From an uncultured Gemmatimonadales bacterium (lineage in GTDB: Bacteria; Gemmatimonadota; Gemmatimonadetes; Gemmatimonadales; Gemmatimonadaceae), in NCBI GenBank assembly GCA_963793305.1, contig CAWBZV010000012.1, forward strand, positions 1 through 64,000: 64,000 bases of DNA, written 5' to 3'. The notes beneath the pieces were generated by a model. The model was given only the letters and a program-made list of their open reading frames with translations, searched no databases and was not told where the DNA came from. A program made the translations under genes and the position numbers. Positions 1-10,826 of this stretch are shown here, piece by piece (position 1 is the stretch's first letter; each line of letters opens with the position of its first letter).

Positions 1-79
1 GCGCAAACCCTGGTGGGTCCGCGTCGGTCTCTGGGCAGCCGGCAATCCCTATCGCATCCCTGGCGACGTCCATTAGTCC

Positions 80-1429
80 TTACGCGCTCACGGTCCGCGC
101 ATAGGCACGAACGGCGCGCGGCACGACCGCCACCGGCGACGCGATCGCCTCGCGCGCGAGCACGACCATGATGAGAAACGACGCGTAGCCCGACTGGGGC
201 ACGATCTTCTCGGCCATCATCGCGACGAGTAGCCAGACCAGCAGCGTCACGCCGAGCAAGGCCTCGGTGTCCCCGGGGCTCTCGCGGAGCCGGCGGTGCG
301 CGTGGAACAGCCCGGCGAAGAGCACCGCGAGGAACAGCACCAGCCCAACCACGCCTAGATCGAGCAGCATCTCGATGTAACCGTTGTGCGCGTGCGGAAC
401 GACCCAGCCGAGGGAGAGCGCGACGGCGGCCGTGTGCACAGGGCCCCAGAACCCGTCGAACCCATATCCCACGATGGGCCGCGCCCCAATGTAGGTCATG
501 AGCTCGGACCAGAGCTCGGTGCGCCCCGTGAGGGTGCCAACGTCAGCCGTCGACTCCTGCCGTCCGAACAGCAGGGCATGCTTTGCCGAGTCGACGAGAT
601 CGGCTCCGAAGACGCCGACCGCGATCACGACCGCGGCCATCACCAGGCCGACGCCGAGCACGCGCCGCTTGGGCATGATGTAGAGCGCGCCAAAGCCCAG
701 CGCCACCACCACGGCCAGCACCGCCGTGCGCGAGCGCGTGAGCAGCATCAGGCCCGCCCCCGCGATCGCGGTCAGCACGTAGAACCGCCGTCGTTCCGGC
801 ACGAGGCGCATTGCCGCCAGGCTCGCGATGATCACGACCGCGCATTCCTGCGCGTGGTTATTCGGGTGGGTGAGCCCCGAGAGTCGATACCCGCCGTCGA
901 ACGGATGAAACTGGCCGCGCATGATCTCGAGTCCCAACGAGACGAGGAGCGTCGTCAAGCAGGCGAGCACGCTAAACGACAGGAGGTCGGACAACGTCCA
1001 TGCGCGCGCGACGGCCCACGCGGCATACGCAACGCAGAGAAAAACGACCACGCGCCGCGCGACGATGCCGGGATCGTCGGCCCACAGCGTGCTCGCCGTG
1101 GCGAGCGTGACAAACGCGACGAGCGGCACGATGATCGACCGATCGCCACCACCGCCGACGACGAGTGCACCGGGCTCCATTGGCACGCCCTTGCGTTCCT
1201 TCCATCGCCGGCGGACCGTGATCGCGAGAGCGAAGACGGCAAGCCCGATCACCGCGAACCGGCGTGACGAGCTTCCCTCCTCGAGGCCGGCCGTCGTGCC
1301 AGAGAGGGCTGCCTTGAGGTTTCCCGCCTCCGACTCCTTGTTCACGCGATTGTTCCAGTCATAGGGACCGCCCGCCCAAAACAGTCCAAAGAGCAGGAGA
1401 AACGCCAGCCAGGGTCGTCGCATTGCCAT
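80..1429 (-). CDS. O-antigen ligase/Wzy-type polysaccharide polymerase
   Basis: 449 aa with many hydrophobic helices; motifs RLSGLTHPNN, LLTRSRTA, TLTGRTELW, GYGFDGFW, HAHNGYIEMLLDLGVVG typical of the Wzy_C/O-antigen ligase family; last gene of the EPS operon. Confidence 0.85.
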   Translation of the reverse strand: MAMRRPWLAFLLLFGLFWAGGPYDWNNRVNKESEAGNLKAALSGTTAGLEEGSSSRRFAVIGLAVFALAITVRRRWKERKGVPMEPGALVVGGGGDRSIIVPLVAFVTLATASTLWADDPGIVARRVVVFLCVAYAAWAVARAWTLSDLLSFSVLACLTTLLVSLGLEIMRGQFHPFDGGYRLSGLTHPNNHAQECAVVIIASLAAMRLVPERRRFYVLTAIAGAGLMLLTRSRTAVLAVVVALGFGALYIMPKRRVLGVGLVMAAVVIAVGVFGADLVDSAKHALLFGRQESTADVGTLTGRTELWSELMTYIGARPIVGYGFDGFWGPVHTAAVALSLGWVVPHAHNGYIEMLLDLGVVGLVLFLAVLFAGLFHAHRRLRESPGDTEALLGVTLLVWLLVAMMAEKIVPQSGYASFLIMVVLAREAIASPVAVVPRAVRAYARTVSA

Positions 1430-1441
1430 AAGCCCTTCGTG

Positions 1442-2551
1442 CTAAACGGTTCTCGGCGGCGCCGCATCGAACGCTTGCGCGATCGCTTGGTACACCGCCG
1501 ACTTGGGTTGATAGTTGGCGTCGAGCGGCAACGTGCGGACGTCCTGCCCGTCGTCGCGCGGCGCGTGATTCTTGAGCCAACTGTACTTGTCGGAGAGACC
1601 CCAGGTCTCGACGACGATGACGTTCGTGTTCTGCAGCACCGCATTGAGGAACGTGCTGTACGACTGGGCAATGGCCTGGTCGCGCGCGTTCGGGTCCGCC
1701 GGCAGTCCCTTATCCTGCACGTCGAGCTCCGTGACGAGGATCTTGAGACCCATGTCGGAGATCGACTTGAGGAAGCCCGTCAGCAGCTTGGTGTTCAGCT
1801 TCTGCAAGGAGCCTCCGTACAGGTGCGCTTGGAGACCGAACGCCTGGATCGGCACGTTCTGGCTTTTCAGCTTGCTGATCAGATTGAGGATCGCGGTCCG
1901 CCGGGCGTCGATGCCCGGGAAATCGTACTCGACGCCGAAATCGTTGTAGACGAGCAGCGCCTGTGGGTCTGCCTGACGCGCGACGTTGAAGGCGAGCGGG
2001 ATGTAATCAGTGCCCATCGCCGCCTGCCAGACGGAATTGCGAATCCCGTCGGGGTTGTGATCTTCCGGTTGGATCGCCTCGTTGACGACGTCCCACGAGT
2101 GCAGCTTGCCCGCATAGTGGCCGCACACGGTCTGGATATGCCGCGTCAGGAGATCCCGCGCGTTCGACGAGTTCGCCGTATTCTTGAGCCACGGGGGGAT
2201 CGACTGCCAGAACGCGAGGGTGTGGCCGCGCATCTTGATGCCGTTGGATTGGCACCACGAGAGCAGCGCGTCGCCCGGGCCGAAGTTGTACGTATTGAGG
2301 CCCGGATGCACCGTGCCCCACTTGAGCTCGGACTCCGGCGTGAGGATCGCGCACTCTTTGATAAAGGCTTGCTGGTACGCTTGGTCCTGGAGGAGCGTTA
2401 TCGGGCCGGCCGAGCCGTACAAGATTCCCTTGGCCGCAGCTTTGGATTTGAGTGTCGCGTCCGCGCGAGGCCAGGCAAAGCGGCTGGCGAGCGAAGGTGC
2501 GAGCGCCGCTGCCGCTGTCGTACGGACGAAATCCCGTCGGTGCATCATCAT
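1442..2551 (-). CDS. Glycoside hydrolase family 10 (endo-1,4-beta-xylanase-like) with Tat signal
   Basis: Start reassigned to ATG 2551 (AGGGAG RBS; MMMHRRDFV twin-arginine motif); GH10 motifs TPESELKW, MRGHTL, WDVVNEA (acid/base), LVTELDV (nucleophile), WGLSDKYSW. Confidence 0.9.
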   Translation of the reverse strand: MMMHRRDFVRTTAAAALAPSLASRFAWPRADATLKSKAAAKGILYGSAGPITLLQDQAYQQAFIKECAILTPESELKWGTVHPGLNTYNFGPGDALLSWCQSNGIKMRGHTLAFWQSIPPWLKNTANSSNARDLLTRHIQTVCGHYAGKLHSWDVVNEAIQPEDHNPDGIRNSVWQAAMGTDYIPLAFNVARQADPQALLVYNDFGVEYDFPGIDARRTAILNLISKLKSQNVPIQAFGLQAHLYGGSLQKLNTKLLTGFLKSISDMGLKILVTELDVQDKGLPADPNARDQAIAQSYSTFLNAVLQNTNVIVVETWGLSDKYSWLKNHAPRDDGQDVRTLPLDANYQPKSAVYQAIAQAFDAAPPRTV

Positions 2552-3315
2552 GCGATTCTCCCTCTGCGAAGCCATTCGCGAACAAAGAGGCCGAGGACGG
2601 GCCACGGCTCGACGAGGTAGCGTCGGCCGAGGCGCCGCGGCTCGGCCGCGAGCCGGAACGCCCACTCCAGCGACCACCGTCCGGCCCACCGTGGAGGCGT
2701 CGGTACTGCGCCCGCGACGTAATCCAGCGCCGCACCGGCGAGCAGGACCGCGTTCGCGGCGATCGTATTCCGGTGGGCGTGCACCCAGTGCTCCTGCCGG
2801 GGCATGCCCAGACCGACCATCAACACGTGCGGTGTATACCCAGCGATGTCGGCCAATATCGCCGCATTCTCGGCGCTCCCCGGGGCGTGATCGAAGTAGC
2901 CATGGTGCACCTTGATCGCGAGCGTCGGATGCCGCTCGCGCAACACTTCCGCGCCATGCTCGGCTACACCCGGCCGCCCGCCGAGATAGTACACGCGCCA
3001 TCCGCGCTGGGCCGCTTCGGCCATGAGCGCCGGCACCCAATCCACATACGTGACGCGGTGCTCGCGGCGGAGCGGGTATCCCAACGCGCGGCCGAGCGGC
3101 ACGAGTGGCATCCCGTCGACATGCGTGATGTCGGCCTGCTCGTAGAACTCTTTCATGCGGGCATCGCGACGCATGAGCGAGACACTGTTCATGTTGTGAT
3201 TGGCGATCACGACACGCTCGTTGGCGTCAACCGCTCGGGCGATGCACGCATTGAGATCGTCTCGCGTGTACGCGCCGACGCGAATGCCGAGGAACGCGTA
3301 AGGCTCCGGCCTCAT
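2548..3315 (-). CDS. WecB/TagA/CpsF family glycosyltransferase
   Basis: Start at 3315 (ATGA overlap with the upstream stop); motifs VDGMPLV, RVTYVDW, YYLGGRPG, HHGYF, VGLGMPRQE, GAALDYVAG, LEWAFRL. Confidence 0.9.
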   Translation of the reverse strand: MRPEPYAFLGIRVGAYTRDDLNACIARAVDANERVVIANHNMNSVSLMRRDARMKEFYEQADITHVDGMPLVPLGRALGYPLRREHRVTYVDWVPALMAEAAQRGWRVYYLGGRPGVAEHGAEVLRERHPTLAIKVHHGYFDHAPGSAENAAILADIAGYTPHVLMVGLGMPRQEHWVHAHRNTIAANAVLLAGAALDYVAGAVPTPPRWAGRWSLEWAFRLAAEPRRLGRRYLVEPWPVLGLFVREWLRRGRIA

Positions 3316-4478
3316 GTCAGCGCCTCCACGTGCGCACAAATCGCCGCGACTCTGGCGCCCCAACTGTGGTGCGCTACCGCATCGTGGCGGGCGCGCTGGC
3401 CCATGACATCGAGACACTCCCGTGCGGAAACCGCTTGGCGTAACGCACGGACGAGATCATCAACGTCGCCGGGAGCGAACAAGAAACCACTTTGACAATC
3501 GACCAACGCAGCCTTGGCATCGGGCACAGCCGAGGAGATCACGGGCCGACCCATGGCCATATACTCGTAGAGCTTGAGCGGCGACCTGAAGGCCGAGTGG
3601 CCGGAGTAGCACACATCAGCGCTCGCCATCAGCGCTGGGACGTCATCGGGTGATACACGGCCGAGAAAGCGGGGAGCGATCTGCAGTTGCTGAGCCAGCG
3701 CGACGAGGGCCGCCCGATCGGGGCCGTCTCCCGCGATCGTCACCTGTACCTCCTGAACCTGCGCCGACGCACGGAGGAGAACATCGAGGCCCTGCCATGA
3801 CGCGAGCGATCCGACAAACAGCACCGTAAACGCACGCGCGGAGCGCGGTGCGTTCACCCGAGCGGGATCGAAGCGATGGACGTCGACGCCATTCGGAATG
3901 ACGGCGATCTTCTCTCGCGGGACACCCATGTCGGCGACCAGCCGGTCGGCGAGCGCCTGACTGATGGCGACAAGAGCGGTGCACTCATGGTAGGCCTGCC
4001 GCTCGAGTCGGCGCGCCAGAGCGGTGAGAACGACGCCGGAGCGCTCGCGGCTGGCTTCCTCGGTGAGGAGCGCATTGGTCTCGAGAATCCAGGGAACACC
4101 GTGGCGCGCGAAGCGGGAGCCAAGCGACTGGAAGAGCGCGAAGCGCTCGTAGACCCAGTCGACGCGGGTGCCGAGCTCGGACCATGCGCCTCTGGTGTGG
4201 CGGCCGCGGAGGCCCAGGCGCGCGATGTCGGCGGCGAGGGTCCAGGCGCGTCCACGATGCAGCATGGACTCGCCATCGCGCGCCACGACGTCGGGCATCC
4301 GATCGCCGACGATGTAGCGCGACACGGTCCACCCGCGGCGCTCGAACCCGTCGATGACGCCGAGGACGTGGGCGCGCGGACCGGCCGCATCGGACGCGCT
4401 GCGCGTGGTGACGCGCGGCGCGCCCGACAGGTAGCCGAGGCGGCGATCAGACCGGGTGGGTGACTCGATACTCTTCAT
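3312..4478 (-). CDS. Glycosyltransferase family 4 (GT-B)
   Basis: IPNGVD, FVGSLASWQGLD, IAGDGP, SPLKLYEYMAMGRPVI motifs. Confidence 0.9.
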   Translation of the reverse strand: MKSIESPTRSDRRLGYLSGAPRVTTRSASDAAGPRAHVLGVIDGFERRGWTVSRYIVGDRMPDVVARDGESMLHRGRAWTLAADIARLGLRGRHTRGAWSELGTRVDWVYERFALFQSLGSRFARHGVPWILETNALLTEEASRERSGVVLTALARRLERQAYHECTALVAISQALADRLVADMGVPREKIAVIPNGVDVHRFDPARVNAPRSARAFTVLFVGSLASWQGLDVLLRASAQVQEVQVTIAGDGPDRAALVALAQQLQIAPRFLGRVSPDDVPALMASADVCYSGHSAFRSPLKLYEYMAMGRPVISSAVPDAKAALVDCQSGFLFAPGDVDDLVRALRQAVSARECLDVMGQRARHDAVAHHSWGARVAAICAHVEALT

Positions 4479-5379
4479 ATCGTCCCCCGAGTGCTCCGGT
4501 GATCATGCCAGCACCGCGCCAGATGAGCTGCAACGCCTGGACCAGTCGCACTTGGCGGTCGCGCCGCGAGAGCAGCGCGACCGGCATCAACAGGACGCCT
4601 TGGACCATGCGCCCAAGGCCACGCACGATGCGCACGGGCAGTGCAATGATCACATCCGGCCGATCGCGGTCCACTTGGCCGAGCGTGGCGCCATTGCGAT
4701 AGGTACGCCGGAGCAACCAGCCGAGGTTGGCGCGGCTCGCCGGGATCCATTCTTCGACCGAGGCGTCGTTGGCCCAGACGATGCGGGCGCCGTTCGCCTT
4801 GGCGCGGCGGAAGAACTGGAGGTCTTCGCCGCCCGTGAGCGCGAATCGGTCGTCGAAACGGCCCGTCTTGTCGAAGACCGCGCGGCGGACGAGCACGTTG
4901 TGCGTGTGCGCGTGCGGCAGCTCGTGGCCGGTCTCGTAGCGCGGGCGATCGAAGAATCGACCATCGCGGACCCACTCGGACGGCGGCACCGGAAAGCATG
5001 GAAGCACCGGACCGGTCACTATGTCGGCGTCATACTTGGCCTGCGCGCGGAGCAACGCGGCGAGCCAGTTTGCCTCCGGCACTTCGTCGTCATCGAGCAT
5101 GGCGATGAAATCGACGTCGGTGCCCGCGGCTTCGACTGAGCCATTTCGGGCGTACGTAATCCCTCGGCGCGGCTCGACCACGTATCTCAACCCCAGCGCG
5201 AAATCACCCGACCGCGCTTCGCACGCATCGCGTGAAGGGCCGGCCGCGTCGTTGTCCACGACGACCACCCGGACGCAGGCGTCGGTTCGGAGTGCGGCGA
5301 GCCCATCGAGCAGGCGCGCCAGACCATCCGGTCGCGCGTACGTGGCCACGCAGACTGCCACCCTCGTCGCGATCGTCAT
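4447..5379 (-). CDS. Glycosyltransferase family 2 (ExoM-like)
   Basis: VATYARP, VVVVDND, RGITYARN, AMLDDDE, GGEDLQFF motifs. Confidence 0.9.
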   Translation of the reverse strand: MTIATRVAVCVATYARPDGLARLLDGLAALRTDACVRVVVVDNDAAGPSRDACEARSGDFALGLRYVVEPRRGITYARNGSVEAAGTDVDFIAMLDDDEVPEANWLAALLRAQAKYDADIVTGPVLPCFPVPPSEWVRDGRFFDRPRYETGHELPHAHTHNVLVRRAVFDKTGRFDDRFALTGGEDLQFFRRAKANGARIVWANDASVEEWIPASRANLGWLLRRTYRNGATLGQVDRDRPDVIIALPVRIVRGLGRMVQGVLLMPVALLSRRDRQVRLVQALQLIWRGAGMITGALGGRYEEYRVTHPV

Positions 5380-6680
5380 AGTGACACCGTCTCGGGCTCA
5401 GGCACCGGAGTAGGCGTCCGATCATCCGCCCGTTTCCGCAGATGGAAAATGAGCGCCCACAGCGTGACGGAAAGGAGCCCATCGCACATCAGGCTCGACC
5501 ACGCGGCGCCGCGCCACGAGTAGTGGGTGATCAGCGGAAAGTTGATGCCGATATTGATGGCGGCGACGATCACCTGGAGCAGGGTCCGTGTGGCCTGGAA
5601 CCCGGCGCCGGTCAGCGCATCGGCGGCGGCAAACTGGACGGACTTGAGAACGGGCAGCAGCGAGAGCCAGCGCACGGCGCCAGCGGCCTGATCGAAGTCA
5701 TGACCGAGCAGCTGCGGCAACAGCGGTGCGACGAGGAACATCGCGATCCCGGCGAGGGCGCCATAGCTCAGCGCCGGCGGCAAAAGCTGCTGGGCGACCT
5801 TTGCGCTCGACCGGACGCCGTGCGCGCCATGCTTGAAGAATTTTGGGTACGCCGCCTGACCGATCGAGCGGATCGGCACGAGCAGGACGTCGATGACCCG
5901 GTACGCCGCCGAATAAATACCGGTCGCGCTCAGATCCGGGACCAGACGGCCGAGCATGACCTTGTCGATGTCGTTATAGACATTCTGCGCCGAGATGCCG
6001 GCCGCGAAGAAAAATCCATCACGGACGTCGCGCGTCGTGTAATTGAAGCGGATGACCGGGCGACCCAGCTCGCGCGAGGTCAGCCAGAGCGCCGTCGCGG
6101 TGCTGAGCGCGGTGCAGGTCACGTAGTAGTACCCCCATGCCGCAGCCGTATGCGCGCCCGGCGTCGCCACGAATGCACACGCGGCGAGCAATCGCAAAAA
6201 CGTCGTGACAATGGGGAGCTGCGCCGTGCGAGCCATTTTCTCTTGCGCTTGATACGCCTGTCCGCACAGGAAGAGCACGGTCGCGAACACGAGATCCGAG
6301 GTCGCGACGCAGATGACCAACGACGTGGCAATGGTGGCCGGCAGCAACGCGCGCCCGACGAGCGCCGCGGCGCCAACGGAGATGGCACCGGCCACCAGCG
6401 TGAGGGTCAGCGCGCCGCCCCAGTAGTGGTCGAACGCCTCCCGGCGACGCGCCACGTGCTGAATGAGCACGTTGCCCGCCCCGAGCCCGGCCATGGGCGC
6501 GATAAGCTGCGAGAGCGCCGTGGCGGCCGCGAACGCGCCGAGACCGCCGGCGCCCAGGGTGCGGGCGATGACGATGAAATACGCCGCTTGGAGGACCTTC
6601 AGCCCGCCCTGGCCAACCGTCAACCAGGCCGCGTTGCGAGCGAGGAGGCTCTGCCGCAACCGCTGCCAGACCGGCGCCAA
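5376..6680 (-). CDS. Wzx-type oligosaccharide flippase (MOP superfamily)
   Basis: Polytopic membrane protein; IARTLG, IDKVMLG, GIYSAAYR, GAAWSS motifs; probable TTG start at 6680 just after the upstream stop (ORF track extends to 6758). Confidence 0.85.
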   Translation of the reverse strand: MAPVWQRLRQSLLARNAAWLTVGQGGLKVLQAAYFIVIARTLGAGGLGAFAAATALSQLIAPMAGLGAGNVLIQHVARRREAFDHYWGGALTLTLVAGAISVGAAALVGRALLPATIATSLVICVATSDLVFATVLFLCGQAYQAQEKMARTAQLPIVTTFLRLLAACAFVATPGAHTAAAWGYYYVTCTALSTATALWLTSRELGRPVIRFNYTTRDVRDGFFFAAGISAQNVYNDIDKVMLGRLVPDLSATGIYSAAYRVIDVLLVPIRSIGQAAYPKFFKHGAHGVRSSAKVAQQLLPPALSYGALAGIAMFLVAPLLPQLLGHDFDQAAGAVRWLSLLPVLKSVQFAAADALTGAGFQATRTLLQVIVAAINIGINFPLITHYSWRGAAWSSLMCDGLLSVTLWALIFHLRKRADDRTPTPVPEPETVSL

Positions 6681-6682
6681 TG

Positions 6683-8287
6683 CTAGGCCGCGCCTCGACC
6701 CTTGAGCACCGCCGGCACGGTCATCGCCAGGATCTTGAGATCCAGTCCGAGTGACCATCGGTCAATGTATTGCAGGTCCAGCGCGACCCAGCGCGAGAAG
6801 GTCAGATCGCTCCGACCGCTGACCTGCCACAGTCCGGTCACGCCGGGGCGGACGCTGAAGCGCCGCATGAGCCACGACTCGCTGAACCGATGCACATCGC
6901 GCAGCGGCAGCGGGCGGGGGCCGACGAGCGACATGTCGCCGCGCAGCACGTTCCACAGCTGGGGCAACTCGTCGAGCAACGTCTTGCGAAGGAACTTCCC
7001 AATGCGAGTGACGCGGGGATCGTCTTTGATCTTGAAGACAGGCCCGGCGGCTTCATTCCGATCTTCCAATGTCGATTGCAGCGCTTCGGCGTCGGTGATC
7101 ATCGTCCGGAACTTGAACATCCGGAACCGCCGCTTATTGAAACCGAAGCGCTCCTGCGCGAAGATCACGGGACCGTGGCCGTCCAGGCGAATCGCGAGCG
7201 CGATCAATGCCAGGATGGGCGACAGGGCCACCAATCCCACGCCGGCGAGCGCCATGTCGAGGCCGCGCTTGATCACCAGCCGCGTGTCATTGGCGACCAT
7301 GTGCATCCGGATGACCGGGATCTGACCGGTCTGCTCGAACGATGGCCGCGCGAGCGATGACTGAAAGACGTCGGCGAGATACGCCGCCCGCACGCCGAGC
7401 CGCTCGCACAAGGCGATCGTCTGCTGGATCTGCTCGTAGCAGGATTTGATCGGCAGGGTGATGAGGACGTCGTCGATCACCCGCCCCATCAAGATGCGCT
7501 CGAGCTCATCGAGGTCGCCCAGGAGACGCTGCGACACTTCGTCGGCCACGGGATCCAAATTCGTGTCGACGAACCCGGCGATCCGAATTCCATCTTCGCC
7601 CCGATGCGTGGCCAGCTCGTGATAGAGCCGCAGCGCGCGGGGCCCGCTGCCGACGATGAGGACGTGCCGCTCCTCGACGCGCGCCGAGGGCGCGGCCGCG
7701 GCGATCCAGATCGCGCCGCGGAGCACGAGGAGCGCGGTCACGGTCGCCAGGATGAAGTACGCGACCGTCGTCAGGCCAAACGCGCCCGTGTGCGACGCCA
7801 ACGGGAACAAGATCACCGGTGCCATGCCGACGAGGCACGCGCCAATGAGCCGTGTGACGTATTTCGTCGGATCGGCGAATCGCCGCTCCTCGTAGAGCCC
7901 GAACGTGCTGAGGCTCACCTGCATCGACACACCGAACAGCGCGAGGAGCAGCACGTTCTTGACGGTGATGCGCATCTGCAAGAACGCTTGAACGCCCTTT
8001 GCGCCGGGATGATCCGCGTTCATGACCAGGAACACCCCGAACAAGGTCGTGAGCACGACCGCGATATCGAGGTAGCGGCAGACGCGCAGGAACGACGCGA
8101 GGCGTTTCGCGGGAACCGTGCGCGCCGAGAGCCGCCGCGCGGCGCCGGTCCCGTCAGCATCAGTCGCCATCGCGGCATCGTGCCCGCTCACCGCGATCGT
8201 ACTGGCGTTCTCGTACTGCACGACACTGGCCCCACCGGAGTAGCGCCGGTGGGTACCAGAGTCTCGTACGTCAGCCCGCACAGTCAT
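6683..8287 (-). CDS. Priming undecaprenyl-phosphate glycosyl-1-phosphate transferase (WcaJ/CpsE-like)
   Basis: N-terminal TM helices, Rossmann-like LIVGSG, C-terminal Bac_transf motifs KRGLD, KFRTM, DDPRVT, DELPQLWNVLRGDMSLVGPRP, RPGVTGLWQV. Confidence 0.92.
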   Translation of the reverse strand: MTVRADVRDSGTHRRYSGGASVVQYENASTIAVSGHDAAMATDADGTGAARRLSARTVPAKRLASFLRVCRYLDIAVVLTTLFGVFLVMNADHPGAKGVQAFLQMRITVKNVLLLALFGVSMQVSLSTFGLYEERRFADPTKYVTRLIGACLVGMAPVILFPLASHTGAFGLTTVAYFILATVTALLVLRGAIWIAAAAPSARVEERHVLIVGSGPRALRLYHELATHRGEDGIRIAGFVDTNLDPVADEVSQRLLGDLDELERILMGRVIDDVLITLPIKSCYEQIQQTIALCERLGVRAAYLADVFQSSLARPSFEQTGQIPVIRMHMVANDTRLVIKRGLDMALAGVGLVALSPILALIALAIRLDGHGPVIFAQERFGFNKRRFRMFKFRTMITDAEALQSTLEDRNEAAGPVFKIKDDPRVTRIGKFLRKTLLDELPQLWNVLRGDMSLVGPRPLPLRDVHRFSESWLMRRFSVRPGVTGLWQVSGRSDLTFSRWVALDLQYIDRWSLGLDLKILAMTVPAVLKGRGAA

Positions 8288-8296
8288 TTGCTCAAC

Positions 8297-10826
8297 TCAG
8301 GCATTGACGGTGTAGTACTTGTCCCGGTAGCCCTGGAACCGATAGTTGCCATCGTAGGCCGCATCCCGAGCAAAATCGACGTCGTTCAGCACGGCACCAA
8401 GCACCGGTGCACGGACGTGACGCAGTTGCTCCATGGCGAACGACAATGCTTGCGTCGCCGTTACGCCCGACCGCGCGATCACGAGAACGCCATCGGCATG
8501 CGCCGAGAGCAGTGCGGCGTCCGTCACGATATTGATCGGTGGCGAGTCGATAATGATGCGGTCGTAGTACGACGGCAGACGCTCCAGGAGCTCTTGCATT
8601 GCCGGCGAGTCGAGCAGCGCGGCCGGCTGCGCAGGCAACGAACCGGTCGGCAAATAATGCAGTTCCCCTCCTCTGCCCAGCGATACACCTCGAACAGCGG
8701 CCTCGAGCAACGTCGTTCCAGCAATGACATCACTCAAACCCGGCGTACGCGAGGCGCCAAACACGCGGTTGATAATCCCGCGGCGCAGGTCCGCATCGAC
8801 CAGTAACACCCGGTGGCCGCGAGTGACAAGCGTAACCGCGAGATTGACCGCACTGGTGGTTTTGCCATCCCCCGACAACGGGCTCGTGATCACCAATGTC
8901 TTGAGCACGCTCTCGCCACGTGGCCGCAAGAACGCGAGGTTGGTCTGCAGGCGACTATATGCCTCGGCCACGGCGCTCCGGGCATCCGGCTCTGCGCCGT
9001 CGAGCACCTCGCCGTTGGTTGTCCCGTTCAACTCGGCGTCGAGCGCCGCAATGCGTTGCCGGTGCGACAACCGCCGGCGTCCGTGCCCACCCGTCGCGCT
9101 CGGATCGCCGAGCTCGCCGGAGAACCGTAGACGTGTGGTCAACGCGTTGCCTGAGATACGTGGAATGAGCCCCAGCACGGGCGCACCCGTCGCCGCGAGC
9201 ACATCGGCCCGTGTATGGACCGTGTGGTCGCGCGAATCACGCGCCAGCGCGAAGCCGAGCCCCACCAGCAATCCCAGGAGCACCGAGACCGCCAGATAGA
9301 GCGGCGGTTTCGGGCGGATCGGCTCGACCGGAATGACGGCCGGGTCCATGAGCTGCAACGTCGGGTCATCCACGGCCTCGGCGACTTGCGCCTCTTTGAG
9401 CCGGGTCTGCAACGCGACGTAGATCGTGTCGAGCACTCTCGGCGCCCGCGACAGTCGGGCGTATTGCGTCTCGACGGCCGGAATCACGTTCATTCGGTGC
9501 GAGTACTGCCCGAGGACGCTGTCGTACGAGCTGACCTGCTCGGTCAAGCCGGCGAGGTACGTCGTCGCGATCGTGCGGATTTGATCCTCGACCTGATGCT
9601 CGCGCTCGGTGAGTGCGAGCACGTCGGGGTCTTTCGGTGTGCGACGGGTCAGGAGCGTGGTGCGCTCATCATCGATCGTCGACAACGAATGCAGCAGCTC
9701 GGTCGACGCTTGGTTCTTGAGCAGCGTCGGGAACGCGATCAGCCGCCGGTAGGGCGATGGATCGTCCGGCTTCTGGTGCGCGGCCTCGAGCGTTACCTGG
9801 CGCATCAGTGTCGTCAGTGCACCCTTCTCGGCGTCCAGATCCGCGCGCTCGGCCTGGATGTTCGCCGCGTGCTGAACATCGGCCTGCGCCTCATCCGGCA
9901 GGCTTACGACATTGTGCTGCTCGCGGAACGTCTGCAGCGCGGCGTCGGACGTATTCAGCTCGTTGGAGAGCGAGTCCAGTTGCTCGCGCAGAATTTTCAC
10001 GGTGCTCCGTGCCTGCACCTTCTGCATCGAACGTCTTGTCGATAATGAACAGGTGGGTGAGGACGTTGGGCACGTCACGCGTGAGCTCCGGGTCCTTCCC
10101 GCGATAGGTCACCGTCATGACATCGGCGTCGCGCACGGGACGCTCGACCTTCCGATGCTTGTCAAAGACCTGGTACGCGTCCTCGCGCGTTTGCAGTTCG
10201 ATATGGATCTTGCCCGGCCCTTCCTTCGCGGTCCGCGGGCGCAGGACGGCCATAATGCCGGGGACGTTGAGTTGCCCGCCGGGCTGGACCACACCGAGCA
10301 CTTTGCCATCGCCATTCGTGACCGTGAATCCACCACCAGCCGAGTCGCGGCGTGTCAGGTCGTACGCCGCCGAATCAGCCAGCGGGTCGACGTGAAAGTA
10401 GCTGAACACGGCGCTGCGCGGGACGCGCGTGGGCTTGACGATGGCGCGCAGCCCGAGCGAATCGATCGTGGCTTCGGCCAGTCGGCGACTTTGGAGCACC
10501 GAGACCTCGGTCGCAACCTCGCGATCGTTCGTGACCTGATCGAACAGGCTCGGCATATCCATCTTCTGCGACAGGACGCGAACCGCCGCGGTCGCCTCGT
10601 ATGTCGGCGTCATGACAATGCACAACGCGCCAACGAGGCCAACGATGATGACCATCGACGCGAGCACGACCCACTTCTGACGACGGATCAGATTCAAGAT
10701 GCCGTCGATCGAGAGCAGATCTTCATCGCGGCGCGAGGGCACTGGCCCCGACCAGGGTGGCGTCTGGTACGGCCCGAGGCTCGTACCGTTTCCGTTGCTG
10801 CCGTTCGGTGTGATGGAGTGGCTCAT
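8297..10826 (-). CDS. wzc: Wzc-type polysaccharide co-polymerase/tyrosine autokinase (one +1 frameshift near 10037, probably a sequence error)
   Basis: N part in ORF 9891..10910 (start MSHSIT at 10826, TAATG overlap), C part in ORF 8297..10078; Walker A SGDGKTT, VDADLRR, IIIDSPP and Tyr-rich tail; removing one base joins them into ~842 aa. Confidence 0.88.
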
